DNA of 64,000 nucleotides from the NCBI GenBank assembly GCA_001563795.1, contig LKML01000001.1:5953-69952 (forward strand). The letters are read 5' to 3'. Below, one piece after another: positions 21,032-31,046 of the stretch. This DNA comes from Haloferacaceae archaeon B1-Br10_E2g22. GTDB lineage: Archaea > Halobacteriota > Halobacteria > Halobacteriales > Haloferacaceae. Numbering within the stretch: position 1 is the stretch's first letter; every line of letters starts with the position of its first letter. The position numbers and the translations under genes were made by a program. The notes under the pieces are model-generated. The model saw nothing but the letters and a program-made list of their open reading frames with translations. It was not told the origin of the DNA and did not search any database.

Positions 21032-21511
21032 TCAGACTAACAGATAGCTCACGACAAACCGGTAGAGGCCAGTGACGTATGCGCCCAGCCAAAAGAACAC
21101 GTAGCCGAATACACCAATTCGGAGTCGGCCGCGCCAGGCGCTCATGTTTTCGTGGAAATCGTTGAGATCAACGTCCTGATCGGGGTTTTTGTACAGATCA
21201 GCGTTCCGCTTGGCCTGAAAAATCCGAACAATCCCAGTCAGGCCGACGAGCAACATCGCGTACGCTTGCAGCCCTAAAAAGGCGTGGAGCGCAGACAGTC
21301 CCGACAACTGCTCGAGGAGTCGTGGCACCATCCAGACGACCATCGGCACGGTCGTCAACACCAATCCCACGCTGATGTATTTGAGGTGATGGACGAGCAC
21401 CGCCCAGGTCACCGTCTCGGAATCAAGCATAATCCAGGCCCCATAGATGAAAAACGGAAAACTCAGCGTCACCGACAGTGTCGCCAGTGCCGCGATCGTC
21501 GCAGTATCCAT
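21032..21511 (-). CDS. Conserved haloarchaeal membrane protein
   Basis: 159 aa, about four hydrophobic helices. Confidence 0.75.
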   Translation of the reverse strand: MDTATIAALATLSVTLSFPFFIYGAWIMLDSETVTWAVLVHHLKYISVGLVLTTVPMVVWMVPRLLEQLSGLSALHAFLGLQAYAMLLVGLTGIVRIFQAKRNADLYKNPDQDVDLNDFHENMSAWRGRLRIGVFGYVFFWLGAYVTGLYRFVVSYLLV

Positions 21512-21602
21512 CGTCGACTCTTGGAGGGCTGTAGCCTAAAACATCCGCTTTCGATGTCGAATCTCTATGGCTGATTCGACAACAGGGAGCGCCAGCCAGA
21601 GC

Positions 21603-22658
21603 CTACCAGGTGCCGTGGAACGTATCGAACTCGAGGTCTTCGAGCGGTTTGTTGCCCATTGCGATCTCGTATTCGCCCGGTGTCAACATCGGCTTGTGGA
21701 ACCGTGGGCCGTCGTCGGTTGTAATACGCGGACAGCCCGTGTTGACGAAGGCATCCATATCGAAATTAAGCAGGCGGTCTGGGGTGACTTCGTCCATCGT
21801 AATCAGATACGCATTCTCGTTGTTCTCGAGGATTTCCTCGGCGGTCTCCCAGCGACCCTGACCGATTTTGGTACAGAAGATGACGCCCCATTTTTCTGCG
21901 CCCATTGCTTTGTGAACCGAGGCATACCGCTGTTTGAGGAACTGATCAGGATCTGCAATCGTTACGACGTTGTTCACTGGGTCGGCAATGACGACTGTTT
22001 TTTCCTGGTGTTCCATCGCCAGTCCCATTGGATGGAACTTGCCACCGCCGACATACAGCACCTGGTCGGCATCAATATCCGCCGAAGCGTAGTTGCAGCC
22101 TAAGACCTGGCCTTCGTAGGTGAGGCGGTCGTCACCTTTGCGCGTATGAACCTCGTATCCACGGGCTTCGAGCCACTCGACCATCTCGCCGAAGCGGTTC
22201 ATATGTTGGGCGGTGGTAACGAGCCCGACTGCGGGATCGACATCGGGGTCTTCGAGTTCCTCGAGAGACTCTTCGAGAATCGGGAACGGATCGACGTTCG
22301 AAAACAGCGGGACGTAGATGATCTTGTCCGATTCTTTCATCGGTGAGTGACCGAAGTGGACGAACACGTCGGTTCGGCGCATGAGATAGGTATCGAGATC
22401 GCAGGCCCCATAGCAGGGTTGGCCCGAAAGGAGGATGGTAACGTCCCGATCAAGGACTTCTCGGAGGTCGTCGGCGACCGCCGGGCCGCGGCGCTTCAAC
22501 CCTTCGGGAAACTGAAGGCCAACCTTCGTTGCGTCCCGTTCGTTGATTTCGTCGACGATGCGCTCGAGTTCGTAATCCCACTCGCGGTCGTGTCGAAGAT
22601 TCATCCCGGTGTTTCGGAGATCGCCCTCCGAATACTCCTCTGTGGCGTCGTGGCTCAT
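21603..22658 (-). CDS. dph2: Diphthamide biosynthesis enzyme Dph2
   Basis: LQFPEGLK, CYGACD, HFGHS, GQVLGC, TGCPRI (three Fe-S cysteines). Confidence 0.95.
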   Translation of the reverse strand: MSHDATEEYSEGDLRNTGMNLRHDREWDYELERIVDEINERDATKVGLQFPEGLKRRGPAVADDLREVLDRDVTILLSGQPCYGACDLDTYLMRRTDVFVHFGHSPMKESDKIIYVPLFSNVDPFPILEESLEELEDPDVDPAVGLVTTAQHMNRFGEMVEWLEARGYEVHTRKGDDRLTYEGQVLGCNYASADIDADQVLYVGGGKFHPMGLAMEHQEKTVVIADPVNNVVTIADPDQFLKQRYASVHKAMGAEKWGVIFCTKIGQGRWETAEEILENNENAYLITMDEVTPDRLLNFDMDAFVNTGCPRITTDDGPRFHKPMLTPGEYEIAMGNKPLEDLEFDTFHGTW

Positions 22659-22786
22659 TGTCTGTGGTTCCTGCTGAAGACGTAAAACCACGACGTTTCG
22701 CCGAGGCCAAACTGTGTTGGAGTTTCGTTTCGGCTCCTGGTCGGAAAATCGCTAGGCTAACAATGGGCCCGTTCGTAGTCCCGACA

Positions 22787-23638
22787 ATGAGCGACTCACC
22801 GGAGGACGACCCCTCGAAGTCCGCTGACCGCCCGGCCGACGCTGGCGAGTCGACTGCGTCTGCTGTCGGTGATGATGCCACCGACACGGACGACCTCGAG
22901 GCACTCCGCCGCGAAGTCGAGAAGAAATACGACTTCGAGGACTTCAGACCCGCGGATATGGCCCAGATGTCCGCCGACGAATGGGAGGCTGTTTTCGATG
23001 CTGACACCTGGATTACCGGGCCCGAACTCCTCGAGCGGGTCGAAGCCGAAATCAAAAATCGGATTGCTAGCCGCGATATCTTTGGAGTGATCGAACGCGA
23101 GAGCCTTGACCGCACAGACCGCCTGTTAGTCTACTCCGATGAGGGGTATGCGACCGTCTCGCCGGACGGTACTGTCCGCGGAGAAGGCGGCGTACTGCGG
23201 GATGTCGAACCCGTGGTGGCGATGTGTTCGATGGACGAATACGATGTGAAAGAACCACCCGAGAACTACCAACTTCCCTCGCCGGAGGCTGTCCCCGAAC
23301 AGAGCGGCGAGTTGGGTAACCTGATGTTACAGATTATTGCCGGCATGCAGCTGCTCGGTGGGTTGGGATTGATCGGTGCATGGCTGTTTACCGGCGTCGA
23401 GACGCTTGTTGCACCCGTGATCGGTGGGCTATTTTTCATTGTTGGGTTCGTGTTGTTCACGTTGGTGGCCAACGCGCGACTCTCGGATCGGTTCCGTGCC
23501 GAGCAGTATCGCGAGCGTCTTCGGGCGGTCGAAGCAGGTGGGTTCGAGCGGCCGGATCTGCCCGGTGAGACATCACCACAAACGCCCGCTGTTGACGATG
23601 GTCAACAGAACCGAGAACGTGAGACTGAAGGGGCCTAA
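22787..23638 (+). CDS. Conserved membrane protein upstream of the halocyanin/pet cluster
   Basis: Acidic soluble domain plus two C-terminal TM helices; start MSDSPE at 22787. Confidence 0.75.
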   Translation: MSDSPEDDPSKSADRPADAGESTASAVGDDATDTDDLEALRREVEKKYDFEDFRPADMAQMSADEWEAVFDADTWITGPELLERVEAEIKNRIASRDIFGVIERESLDRTDRLLVYSDEGYATVSPDGTVRGEGGVLRDVEPVVAMCSMDEYDVKEPPENYQLPSPEAVPEQSGELGNLMLQIIAGMQLLGGLGLIGAWLFTGVETLVAPVIGGLFFIVGFVLFTLVANARLSDRFRAEQYRERLRAVEAGGFERPDLPGETSPQTPAVDDGQQNRERETEGA

Positions 23639-23702
23639 CGGCCGGTATTTTCCCATCCATAGTCGGTGGGTTTAAGCACGGCGCGTGCTGATTATTGGCT
23701 GT

Positions 23703-24341
23703 ATGAAACGGCGGGACTTTATGCGAACAGCAGGAGGCTCTGCCGCCGCCACCACGGCCGTTGTCGCCAGCAGCGGCACCGTGGCAGCCCAAGAAGAAGT
23801 TCCCGAGTGGGACTACATCGACGGCGTCGACGGCGGCGAAGAGGATCTCCGTGGTCAAGATGAAGTAACCGTAGAAGTCGGCGCGCCGGGCAACGGCGGC
23901 GACCTCGCGTTTTCGCCGGCTGGCATCTGGATCGATCCTGGAACAACCGTCACCTTCGAGTGGACTGGTGACGGTGGCGAACACAACGTCGTCACCGTTG
24001 ACGGACCGGCCGACCTCGAAAGTGATCTCACTGCGGAGGCTGGTTTCACCTACGAATACGAGTTCACCGAGGATGACGAAGGTATCACTGACTACGTCTG
24101 TGAGCCACACGACGCCCTTGATATGAAAGGCGCAGTCGCGGTTGGCGACGACGTGCCGACTGCCGAAGCCGGAGCCGGAGATACTGGCTGGCCAGAAGAC
24201 TTCGCCAGCGACGTTGGTGTACCACTCCAGAAACACTACATCGGCATTATCAGCTTTTTCGGCATCGCCGTCAGCCTCGTCTTTACGTTCTACGTACTGA
24301 AGTACGGCGAGTCGCCAAACACAGGACAGGGTGATGCCTAA
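23703..24341 (+). CDS. Halocyanin-like blue copper protein with Tat signal and C-terminal membrane anchor
   Basis: MKRRDF Tat motif; type-1 Cu ligands HNVV and YVCEPHDALDM; C-terminal hydrophobic helix. Confidence 0.9.
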   Translation: MKRRDFMRTAGGSAAATTAVVASSGTVAAQEEVPEWDYIDGVDGGEEDLRGQDEVTVEVGAPGNGGDLAFSPAGIWIDPGTTVTFEWTGDGGEHNVVTVDGPADLESDLTAEAGFTYEYEFTEDDEGITDYVCEPHDALDMKGAVAVGDDVPTAEAGAGDTGWPEDFASDVGVPLQKHYIGIISFFGIAVSLVFTFYVLKYGESPNTGQGDA

Positions 24342-24730
24342 TGAGTTCGTCAGGTAGTACCTACGGCGATATTCATCGCTATGAACCCGCACGCGAGTCA
24401 ACCGCGGCGGCGATTGCCATTGTCCTGTTGACGGTTATTGAGGTTATCTTCGTTTTCTTCTTTATCTTCGCGATGATCTCGGGATGGGCCGGAACCGAGT
24501 TCGGCAACCAGTTCCTCGGCGCAATCCTGGCGCTCATCTTCATCGATCTCGCGTTTATTTTGGCACTGTACCGCAAAGAGTTCCTGCCGGATGTGATGAT
24601 CGTCAAAAAGCGTCGGCGCAAGTGGGAAGATCTGTACATTGACAGCGAGGACGTCGATGGCACCCAGATCGGCACCGACAAGGCATGGGACACCGTTAAA
24701 CGAGCTATCTACCCATACTACAAACGATAA
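24341..24730 (+). CDS. Small membrane protein of the cytochrome b cluster (2 TM)
   Basis: TAATG overlap with halocyanin; two TM helices; YRKEFLPDVMIVKKRRRKWEDLY. Confidence 0.8.
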   Translation: MSSSGSTYGDIHRYEPARESTAAAIAIVLLTVIEVIFVFFFIFAMISGWAGTEFGNQFLGAILALIFIDLAFILALYRKEFLPDVMIVKKRRRKWEDLYIDSEDVDGTQIGTDKAWDTVKRAIYPYYKR

Positions 24731-24733
24731 TAT

Positions 24734-25528
24734 ATGAGCCTCAAAGAACGAGACGAGTTCGACCACAACGCGTGGCTCAAACAGAAAGACCTCACTCCGA
24801 TTGAGACGGTCTTTCTGACCACGCTTGTCTATCTCGACCGCCGATTCCGTATCGTCGATTACCTCGAGCTACTGGAAGATGCCTACTATAAGGTTAACCT
24901 CCAGATGCCGAAAAGTCACACCGAACAGTACAACCTGGACAACAAGTTTTGGTACTGGTATCCGCTGTACTCGCTTGGATTTTTCTCACTTTTGGCCTAC
25001 ATCGTGGCCGCTGTGACAGGTGCGCTGTTGGGATTCTACTACTCGCCATCTACTGCAGGCGATCCAACAGCCGCCTATGCGTCGATGGAGGCGATCATGC
25101 GGGATCTGCAGTTCGGCTTCATGCTGCGGAGCATTCACCGCTGGGCCGCCCAAATCATGCTCGCAGCAGTGTTCCTGCACATGCTGCGTGTGTACTTCAC
25201 CGGCTCGTACAAAGAACCGCGTGAACTCAACTGGCTGCTCGGCATTATCCTGATCAGCCTCTCGATGGTCTTCGGGTATACGGGCTACCTGCTGCCGTGG
25301 AACCAACTTGCCTTTTGGGCCGGCCAAATCGGCGTCGAGATGGCACTCGCAACCCCAATTGTTGGTGAGTGGGCCGCCCAGTTGCTGTTCGGCGGCTTTA
25401 CGCTTGGTGAGGCAACAATCGTCAGAATGTACATCCTGCACGTGTTCATCCTGCCGTTTGTGGTGACTGCGTTGATCGCACTCCACATCGGCATTGTCTG
25501 GGTGCAGGGAATCGCAGAACCACACTGA
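24734..25528 (+). CDS. petB: Cytochrome b6-type (split cytochrome b, N-terminal part)
   Basis: Four heme His (SIHRW, FLHML, ILHVF, ALHIG), YKEPRELNW, GYTGYLLPW. Confidence 0.93.
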   Translation: MSLKERDEFDHNAWLKQKDLTPIETVFLTTLVYLDRRFRIVDYLELLEDAYYKVNLQMPKSHTEQYNLDNKFWYWYPLYSLGFFSLLAYIVAAVTGALLGFYYSPSTAGDPTAAYASMEAIMRDLQFGFMLRSIHRWAAQIMLAAVFLHMLRVYFTGSYKEPRELNWLLGIILISLSMVFGYTGYLLPWNQLAFWAGQIGVEMALATPIVGEWAAQLLFGGFTLGEATIVRMYILHVFILPFVVTALIALHIGIVWVQGIAEPH

Positions 25529-25532
25529 TACA

Positions 25533-26306
25533 ATGAGCGACACAGACAACCCAACCGAGATGCGAACCGATGGCGGCGACCGAGAGACGGGCATCGTTGC
25601 GCCCGATGACGAGACGCCAACCTGGAGCGAACGCAAAGCACGCAAGGTCGGCCTTTCGCGGCTGACATACGAGTATTTCGAGCGCGCTCGACGCGAAGAC
25701 CAAGACCTGCGAACCGAATCCGACTACGTCGAACGTGATGTGTTAGGATTTCCGACCTGGCCACACGAGATTATCCGCAATGCGGCTATCTCGCTGTTTT
25801 TCGTCGGAATGGTGCTGTTTATCGCGGCTGCGCTCCCACCACACTTCGGTGACGCCGCAAACCCGAGTCAGACCCCGGAGATCATCTTGCCTGACTGGTA
25901 TCTCTACTGGTCGTTCGGGCTGCTCCACCTTGATCCAATCAATCCTGGACTTGCGGTTCTCGACGGCGATAAGCTGATGTCAGACGAGTTGTACGGCGTG
26001 CTTGCGAACGTCGTTGTCGTCGGTGCTATCGCCATTGTTCCGTTCCTTAACAAGGGAAGTGCCCGCCGGCCGGTCGAAGAGCCGTTCTGGGCATCGATTG
26101 GTGTCGGCGGTGCGGTGTTTTCGCTTACCATCTCCGCGCTGGCAATCCAGAACCTGATTCCGATTCCGCTCGAGCTGCTGGTGAATATGGTGTTCGTCCT
26201 GCCGCTGGTCAGTGGAGTCATCGCGTACGCGCTCTTGAAAACGATGCGTGAAGGCTACATGTACGGGCTCAACCGTCGATACTACATGCTTCGGCCGCCG
26301 AAGTAG
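25533..26306 (+). CDS. petD: Cytochrome b6f subunit IV-type protein
   Basis: ANPSQTPEIILPDWY (PEWY-like Qo motif), PFLNK..RRP, TM helices; start at 25533. Confidence 0.9.
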   Translation: MSDTDNPTEMRTDGGDRETGIVAPDDETPTWSERKARKVGLSRLTYEYFERARREDQDLRTESDYVERDVLGFPTWPHEIIRNAAISLFFVGMVLFIAAALPPHFGDAANPSQTPEIILPDWYLYWSFGLLHLDPINPGLAVLDGDKLMSDELYGVLANVVVVGAIAIVPFLNKGSARRPVEEPFWASIGVGGAVFSLTISALAIQNLIPIPLELLVNMVFVLPLVSGVIAYALLKTMREGYMYGLNRRYYMLRPPK

Positions 26307-26351
26307 CCCCGAACCACCGGATAATTATACGGCTCGGCACGTTTGTTTTGT

Positions 26352-26747
26352 ATGAGCGATTCTCGGATCGTCGAGGCTGACGACGGCACTCAGTCACGGT
26401 CTACTGCGCCGACTACGGATGATTCGCCGAGTAGTGGCCGACGCGATGTCGTCGTCCCGATGCGATTGTATAAGACGATCACCGTTTTTTCGACGTTGAT
26501 CGCCGCACTGAGTATTCTCTTTGGGTTTATCCTGTTGGATGCGGCGACACTCGAGGTCAGCATGCTTCGTGGTGTAATCGTTGCAGCAATCGGTGTTGTT
26601 GGCCTGACACCCGACCAGAGCCTGCTAAGTGGCCTGCTTGGGGTGGCTGGGTTGAGCCTGATGGCGCTTGGCTCAGGTGTGTTTATCCTCTCCAGTCGGT
26701 TCCGTACTGCTGGAATGGGAAACGCTCAAGAGGATTCCGACGAATAA
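26352..26747 (+). CDS. Small membrane protein downstream of petD
   Basis: VVVPMRLYKTITVFST followed by hydrophobic helices. Confidence 0.75.
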   Translation: MSDSRIVEADDGTQSRSTAPTTDDSPSSGRRDVVVPMRLYKTITVFSTLIAALSILFGFILLDAATLEVSMLRGVIVAAIGVVGLTPDQSLLSGLLGVAGLSLMALGSGVFILSSRFRTAGMGNAQEDSDE

Positions 26748-26754
26748 TCAGCGT

Positions 26755-27030
26755 ATGGCTGATGAGTTCATCAAAGGGTTTGGAATCCTAAGCGGCGCAG
26801 GGCTCGTCTGGATGACACTAGCAGGGTGGTACCAGACGCCTGACTTCTATATCACCAACCAGTTAATCGCTCCTGTAGCTGAACCGGAGACCGTCTTCGA
26901 TGCGATTGCAATCTTCATGATCGACATCTTCCTGTGGACGGCTATCCTTGGCGCACTGGCGTTTTGGATTCTGATTCCAGTTGGTCGTGAACTGGTTCGG
27001 TCGGTCGAAGAGCGACAAGAATCAAGCTAA
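26755..27030 (+). CDS. Small membrane protein (2 TM)
   Basis: MADEFIKGFGI start, two TM helices, T-tract after the stop. Confidence 0.75.
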   Translation: MADEFIKGFGILSGAGLVWMTLAGWYQTPDFYITNQLIAPVAEPETVFDAIAIFMIDIFLWTAILGALAFWILIPVGRELVRSVEERQESS

Positions 27031-27346
27031 CCCGTTCAGTTTTTTCTCACTGCTCTCGAGTTGTTGCATTCGGTTATCCAGCGGGTGACCATTTCGGTGC
27101 TACCTGTAGGTTGAGTTCCTGTGAACTGTCTGGTTTCTCATATCGACTACAGCCGAGGTACCCGGACTGCCGAGAGGTGTAAATTTTGTCTGTGTGTTCG
27201 CTCTTTCAGTGGCCGGTCGGTGGGTGAAGCCACTTCTGTGTTCGCAGTCGCCGTTGTTGCTCGAGCAGTCGCTTTCTGTCTTGTTCGATCGACAGCAGTG
27301 TCTTGTGGGGTCTCAGAAAGACGACACTGGAACGGACGACCGATCT

Positions 27347-27784
27347 TTAGAAGAGCAGATCGAGGTACGGCCCGTACAGCGGTCTCATTGCGTAGTAGGT
27401 CGCATAGATAAACGCCAATCCGAGCGAAAAGAGGGTCGCTTTCGGCCACTCGAAATCAAGGTCGTTGTCGGCTTCAACGCGTCGGCCTTCGAACTCAAAG
27501 ACATCAGCGATAAACAACCCGATGATCGGGAGCATCAGGATCATCCCACTGATCGGTCGGTAGATGACAAACAGCAGACCGACTGTGACGATTCCCATCG
27601 TAACGAACGTGTTGAGTGGATGTCGTGTGATCTCTTCGCCGTTTTTCATTTGCTGTGCCTGCATTCGGTTTTCTTTGATTCGTGTACCGATGTTTGCGAT
27701 GACAAGCACTAAAATGGCGATCGGGATACTCGGTCCGACGGTCTCGATCCAGCCCAGCGGAACGAGAAACTGCAGTAGGTCCAT
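27347..27784 (-). CDS. Conserved membrane protein
   Basis: 145 aa, three to four TM helices, ADVFEFEGRRVEA. Confidence 0.75.
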   Translation of the reverse strand: MDLLQFLVPLGWIETVGPSIPIAILVLVIANIGTRIKENRMQAQQMKNGEEITRHPLNTFVTMGIVTVGLLFVIYRPISGMILMLPIIGLFIADVFEFEGRRVEADNDLDFEWPKATLFSLGLAFIYATYYAMRPLYGPYLDLLF

Positions 27785-27826
27785 ACATATGTGTGGGCAG
27801 ACGACTCATTAGAGTTTTTCCAATTG

Positions 27827-28504
27827 CTACGGCAGATCCAATCGCCGGATATCGACAATCGACAGCGGCTCACCCCACTCGATCTCGGCTGTCAATCCAG
27901 CGTGTCCAACTGCCAACTGGTTTGCATCCGCAAGCACAGTTACTGAATCATCGCGCTTGACACGCACCGAAAGCGGTGGTTCTACTACCCACGTGTCAGC
28001 AATCGTTGCAAACGGTGCGACCGGTACGACCGCAAGACCGGTCTCCGGAGCCAACACAGGCCCTCCGGCGGCACGCCCGTAGCCACTGCTGCCTAACGGC
28101 GTGGCGACGACGACACCGTCAGCCCGAAACGTTGCGTGGGCTCGACCGTCGACTGAGACTGCATACTCTGAGATCCGCGCGGGCTCGGTGGTAACGAGCG
28201 TCGTATCGAAGACGGCCTTCGAGACAGTGCCGCCGGTGGTCACCGAAAGCGGCCGTACGTCCACGGTCGGTGGTTGGGCCGAAAGCTGGTGTAGAATTTC
28301 AGTCACCTGTCGGCGGCTCGGACTCAACGGCGTCTCGAGGCCAACCGGAACGATGGGTCGTGAGTCGGCGCGGGCCGCACAGTCAATCAACGCGTCTTCG
28401 CCGACAGTAACCAACAACTCGGCATCACGATACTCAACATAGTCTATGCACTGTTGATCCTCGACAATTTCTTCTGCGTCGACGCCACAGATTGTAACTC
28501 GCAT
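27827..28504 (-). CDS. NAD kinase-like protein (degenerate motifs)
   Basis: FRADGVVVATPLGSSGY..AAGGP NAD-kinase C-terminal signature; GGDG and NE motifs absent. Confidence 0.75.
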   Translation of the reverse strand: MRVTICGVDAEEIVEDQQCIDYVEYRDAELLVTVGEDALIDCAARADSRPIVPVGLETPLSPSRRQVTEILHQLSAQPPTVDVRPLSVTTGGTVSKAVFDTTLVTTEPARISEYAVSVDGRAHATFRADGVVVATPLGSSGYGRAAGGPVLAPETGLAVVPVAPFATIADTWVVEPPLSVRVKRDDSVTVLADANQLAVGHAGLTAEIEWGEPLSIVDIRRLDLP

Positions 28505-28562
28505 TCGTCACTCACTCCGGTTGCGTTGTGTCCACACTACATCCCAGTTTGTCGTCTGCATC

Positions 28563-29186
28563 TCAGGCAGCCACGAACTCCCAGGCATACAGGTGGTTCA
28601 ACATGAAGTAGGTGACAACGCCGAGTACCAACGAGAAAATCCACGTCCCGGCAGCGATTTGCCCGACACGCTTGTGTGGCGTCTGCGTTCGAAGCTGTTC
28701 GGGGGTGTGAGTCAGCCCTAAGGAAATTGCATACAATACGAGTGGAACCGACAGAATCGAAAGTAGAATGTGAATTGCTAACATTGCCAGATAGGCCGGA
28801 ACGATCCACTCCCACAGCGGCACCCAACTGTAGGACGACTCGAGGACGAACTCTTTGGTGCCACCGCCGGCGACCCGCGGGACGTACATCGACAAAAAGA
28901 TCAGAATAAGAACGAACGAACTGATCATCGCAGCAGCGTGTTTTTTTACCTCGCCGGCTCGAATCCAGTACCAGCCCACACAGAGTAACACGACCGTTAT
29001 CGAGTTAACGAGCGCAATCGCATGCCCAAGAATGTTGACCGCTCGAAGGCTCAACCGTGGAAACAGTTCCTGAAACGACGGCACGACGAACGCCCCAACA
29101 ACAACCACATAGCCAACCACCGACAACACTACTGTGACTGCTTTTGGGTGGTCACCAACAATCCCCTCGACCAACGGAGTATCCAT
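28563..29186 (-). CDS. DUF420 family membrane protein
   Basis: HAIALVN, KKHAAAM, FLSMY, HILLS, HKRVG, SLVLGVVTY pattern; start MDTPLV at 29186. Confidence 0.8.
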   Translation of the reverse strand: MDTPLVEGIVGDHPKAVTVVLSVVGYVVVVGAFVVPSFQELFPRLSLRAVNILGHAIALVNSITVVLLCVGWYWIRAGEVKKHAAAMISSFVLILIFLSMYVPRVAGGGTKEFVLESSYSWVPLWEWIVPAYLAMLAIHILLSILSVPLVLYAISLGLTHTPEQLRTQTPHKRVGQIAAGTWIFSLVLGVVTYFMLNHLYAWEFVAA

Positions 29187-29229
29187 ACTCAGTCGTAGAA
29201 CTCCGCGCGTATCGGTCTTCGGATTTCGC

Positions 29230-30285
29230 TCAGTCGCGGTTGATAACACCAGTAACAGCGGCCGTTTCGTAGGCCGCATCCAGGCTGACACCATTGCCGA
29301 GAATCGTATAGCGATCTCGGATTTCGTGGGCCGTCGTCATTGCCTCGAGCAGATCGTCGTCGCTTACCCCAAGTTCGGCGGCCGTCGTCGGCGCGCCAAG
29401 CTGTTCGAGTGCATCACGAATCGCCTGCCAGCGGCCGTTGTTGCCGCTGTGGAGGTACTCAGTCAATATCGAAGCGACACCGACCTGGTGGCCGTGTAGT
29501 GCTTGGCCGGGGGCGATTCGGTCGAGTTGGTGTGAAATCAAGTGTTCGGCTCCCGAGGCCGGCCGGGAACTCCCGGCAATCGACATCGCCACGCCTGAGG
29601 AGACGAGGGCTTTCACGACGATCCAGGCCGACTCCTCGAGATTCGGCCGGATCGAATCTGCGTTGTCGACCAGCATCTCGGCGGTCATCTCCGAGAGGGC
29701 ACCGGCATATTCGGAGTACTCGACGTTTTTGAGTCGGTTTGCCAGCCGCCAGTCTTGGACAGCGGTGTAGTTCGAGATGATGTCCGCACACCCAGCAGTC
29801 GTCAGTTCCCAGGGTGCTTGGGCCATGATTTCGGTATCGGCGAGTACGGCCAGCGGTGGGTCGGCCGCCACGCTATGTCGGCTGTCGCCGTCTGGAACCG
29901 ATCCGCGGCCCGAAACGATGCCGTCGTGGCTGGCGGCGGTCGGCACCGACACCAACCCGCAGCTCAGCTCGTCGGCGGCCATTTTAGCGATATCGATGGG
30001 TTTGCCGCCGCCCAGGCCGATCAGGTAGTCTGTTTCCTGGGCGGTTGCAGCCCTAATAACGCGCTCGATTGAGTCGAAACTTGCAGTCTCGACGACGATC
30101 GTTTCGGCCTCCGGAACCTGGCTTCGAATGCGATCGCCTGCCAACTCGTTCGGTGTCGGGCTCGTCACGACAAGTGGCTCGCCGGTGAGATGGAGATCTG
30201 CGATTGCCGCGCCCACCTCGTCGACGACACCGTGGCCAACAACGACGTTGCGGGGAAGTTTAATCCACGTCGACTTTTCGAACAT
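29230..30285 (-). CDS. egsA: sn-Glycerol-1-phosphate dehydrogenase
   Basis: GGGKPIDIAK, PTAASHDG, SSRPASGAEH, HGHQVG; start MFEKST at 30285. Confidence 0.95.
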   Translation of the reverse strand: MFEKSTWIKLPRNVVVGHGVVDEVGAAIADLHLTGEPLVVTSPTPNELAGDRIRSQVPEAETIVVETASFDSIERVIRAATAQETDYLIGLGGGKPIDIAKMAADELSCGLVSVPTAASHDGIVSGRGSVPDGDSRHSVAADPPLAVLADTEIMAQAPWELTTAGCADIISNYTAVQDWRLANRLKNVEYSEYAGALSEMTAEMLVDNADSIRPNLEESAWIVVKALVSSGVAMSIAGSSRPASGAEHLISHQLDRIAPGQALHGHQVGVASILTEYLHSGNNGRWQAIRDALEQLGAPTTAAELGVSDDDLLEAMTTAHEIRDRYTILGNGVSLDAAYETAAVTGVINRD

Positions 30286-30334
30286 GCAGCGTACAACGAG
30301 ACCGTCAGTGAAACTGTTTGTGCCTCTGTACCGT

Positions 30335-31009
30335 TCAGGCCGGTTCCTCGAGTACTGGTTCGACCCGAATCGACCGCGCAACAGACTCCGGAAGGCTCTG
30401 TTCGTTGCCCGCAGCTGTCAGAACCGTTATCATCCCGAACGGTGCAATGTCGTCGACTGTGAGTTCAGTGCCGGGTGTAATGCCGGCGTCTTCCAGATAC
30501 GCCAACTCCTCGTCGTTGCGGTCGCTAACGCGGGTGACGACAACGGTTTGGCCCTCCTCGAACTCACTGAGTCGAACTGAGACGTCTTCGGACAGTGGCT
30601 CGAGATCCGCACCCGGAATCGGATCTCCATGTGGATCGACTGTCGGATAATCGAGCGCCTCGGCAACCCGACGTTCGAACTCTTCGGAGATGTGATGTTC
30701 GAGTCGGTCGGCTTCCTCGTGGACTTCGCTCCAGGAATAATCGAGGTGTTCGGTGAGATACGTCTCCAGCAGGCGGTGGTGGCGGATAACCTCGAGGGCG
30801 ACCGTTTCGCCTTCGGTCGTCAGCTCGACGCCTTTGTACTTTTCACGATCGACCAGCCCGTGATCGGCAAGCTTGCCGACCATACTAGTGACTGTCGGTG
30901 GCGTTTTGTCCAGATACTCCGCGATTGCTGATGTCGAGACTGGTGGGTCGCCTTCTGCCTGAAGCACATAGATCGCTTTCAGGTAGTCTTCCATCACGTC
31001 GCTGAACAT
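30335..31009 (-). CDS. DtxR/MntR-family metal-dependent transcriptional regulator
   Basis: EDYLKAIY, RHHRLLE, HEEADRLEHHIS, DPHGDPIP, C-terminal FeoA-like domain. Confidence 0.93.
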   Translation of the reverse strand: MFSDVMEDYLKAIYVLQAEGDPPVSTSAIAEYLDKTPPTVTSMVGKLADHGLVDREKYKGVELTTEGETVALEVIRHHRLLETYLTEHLDYSWSEVHEEADRLEHHISEEFERRVAEALDYPTVDPHGDPIPGADLEPLSEDVSVRLSEFEEGQTVVVTRVSDRNDEELAYLEDAGITPGTELTVDDIAPFGMITVLTAAGNEQSLPESVARSIRVEPVLEEPA

Positions 31010-31046
31010 ATTCGAACTAGTGGTGTCGGCCGCAAATAGCTACCGA

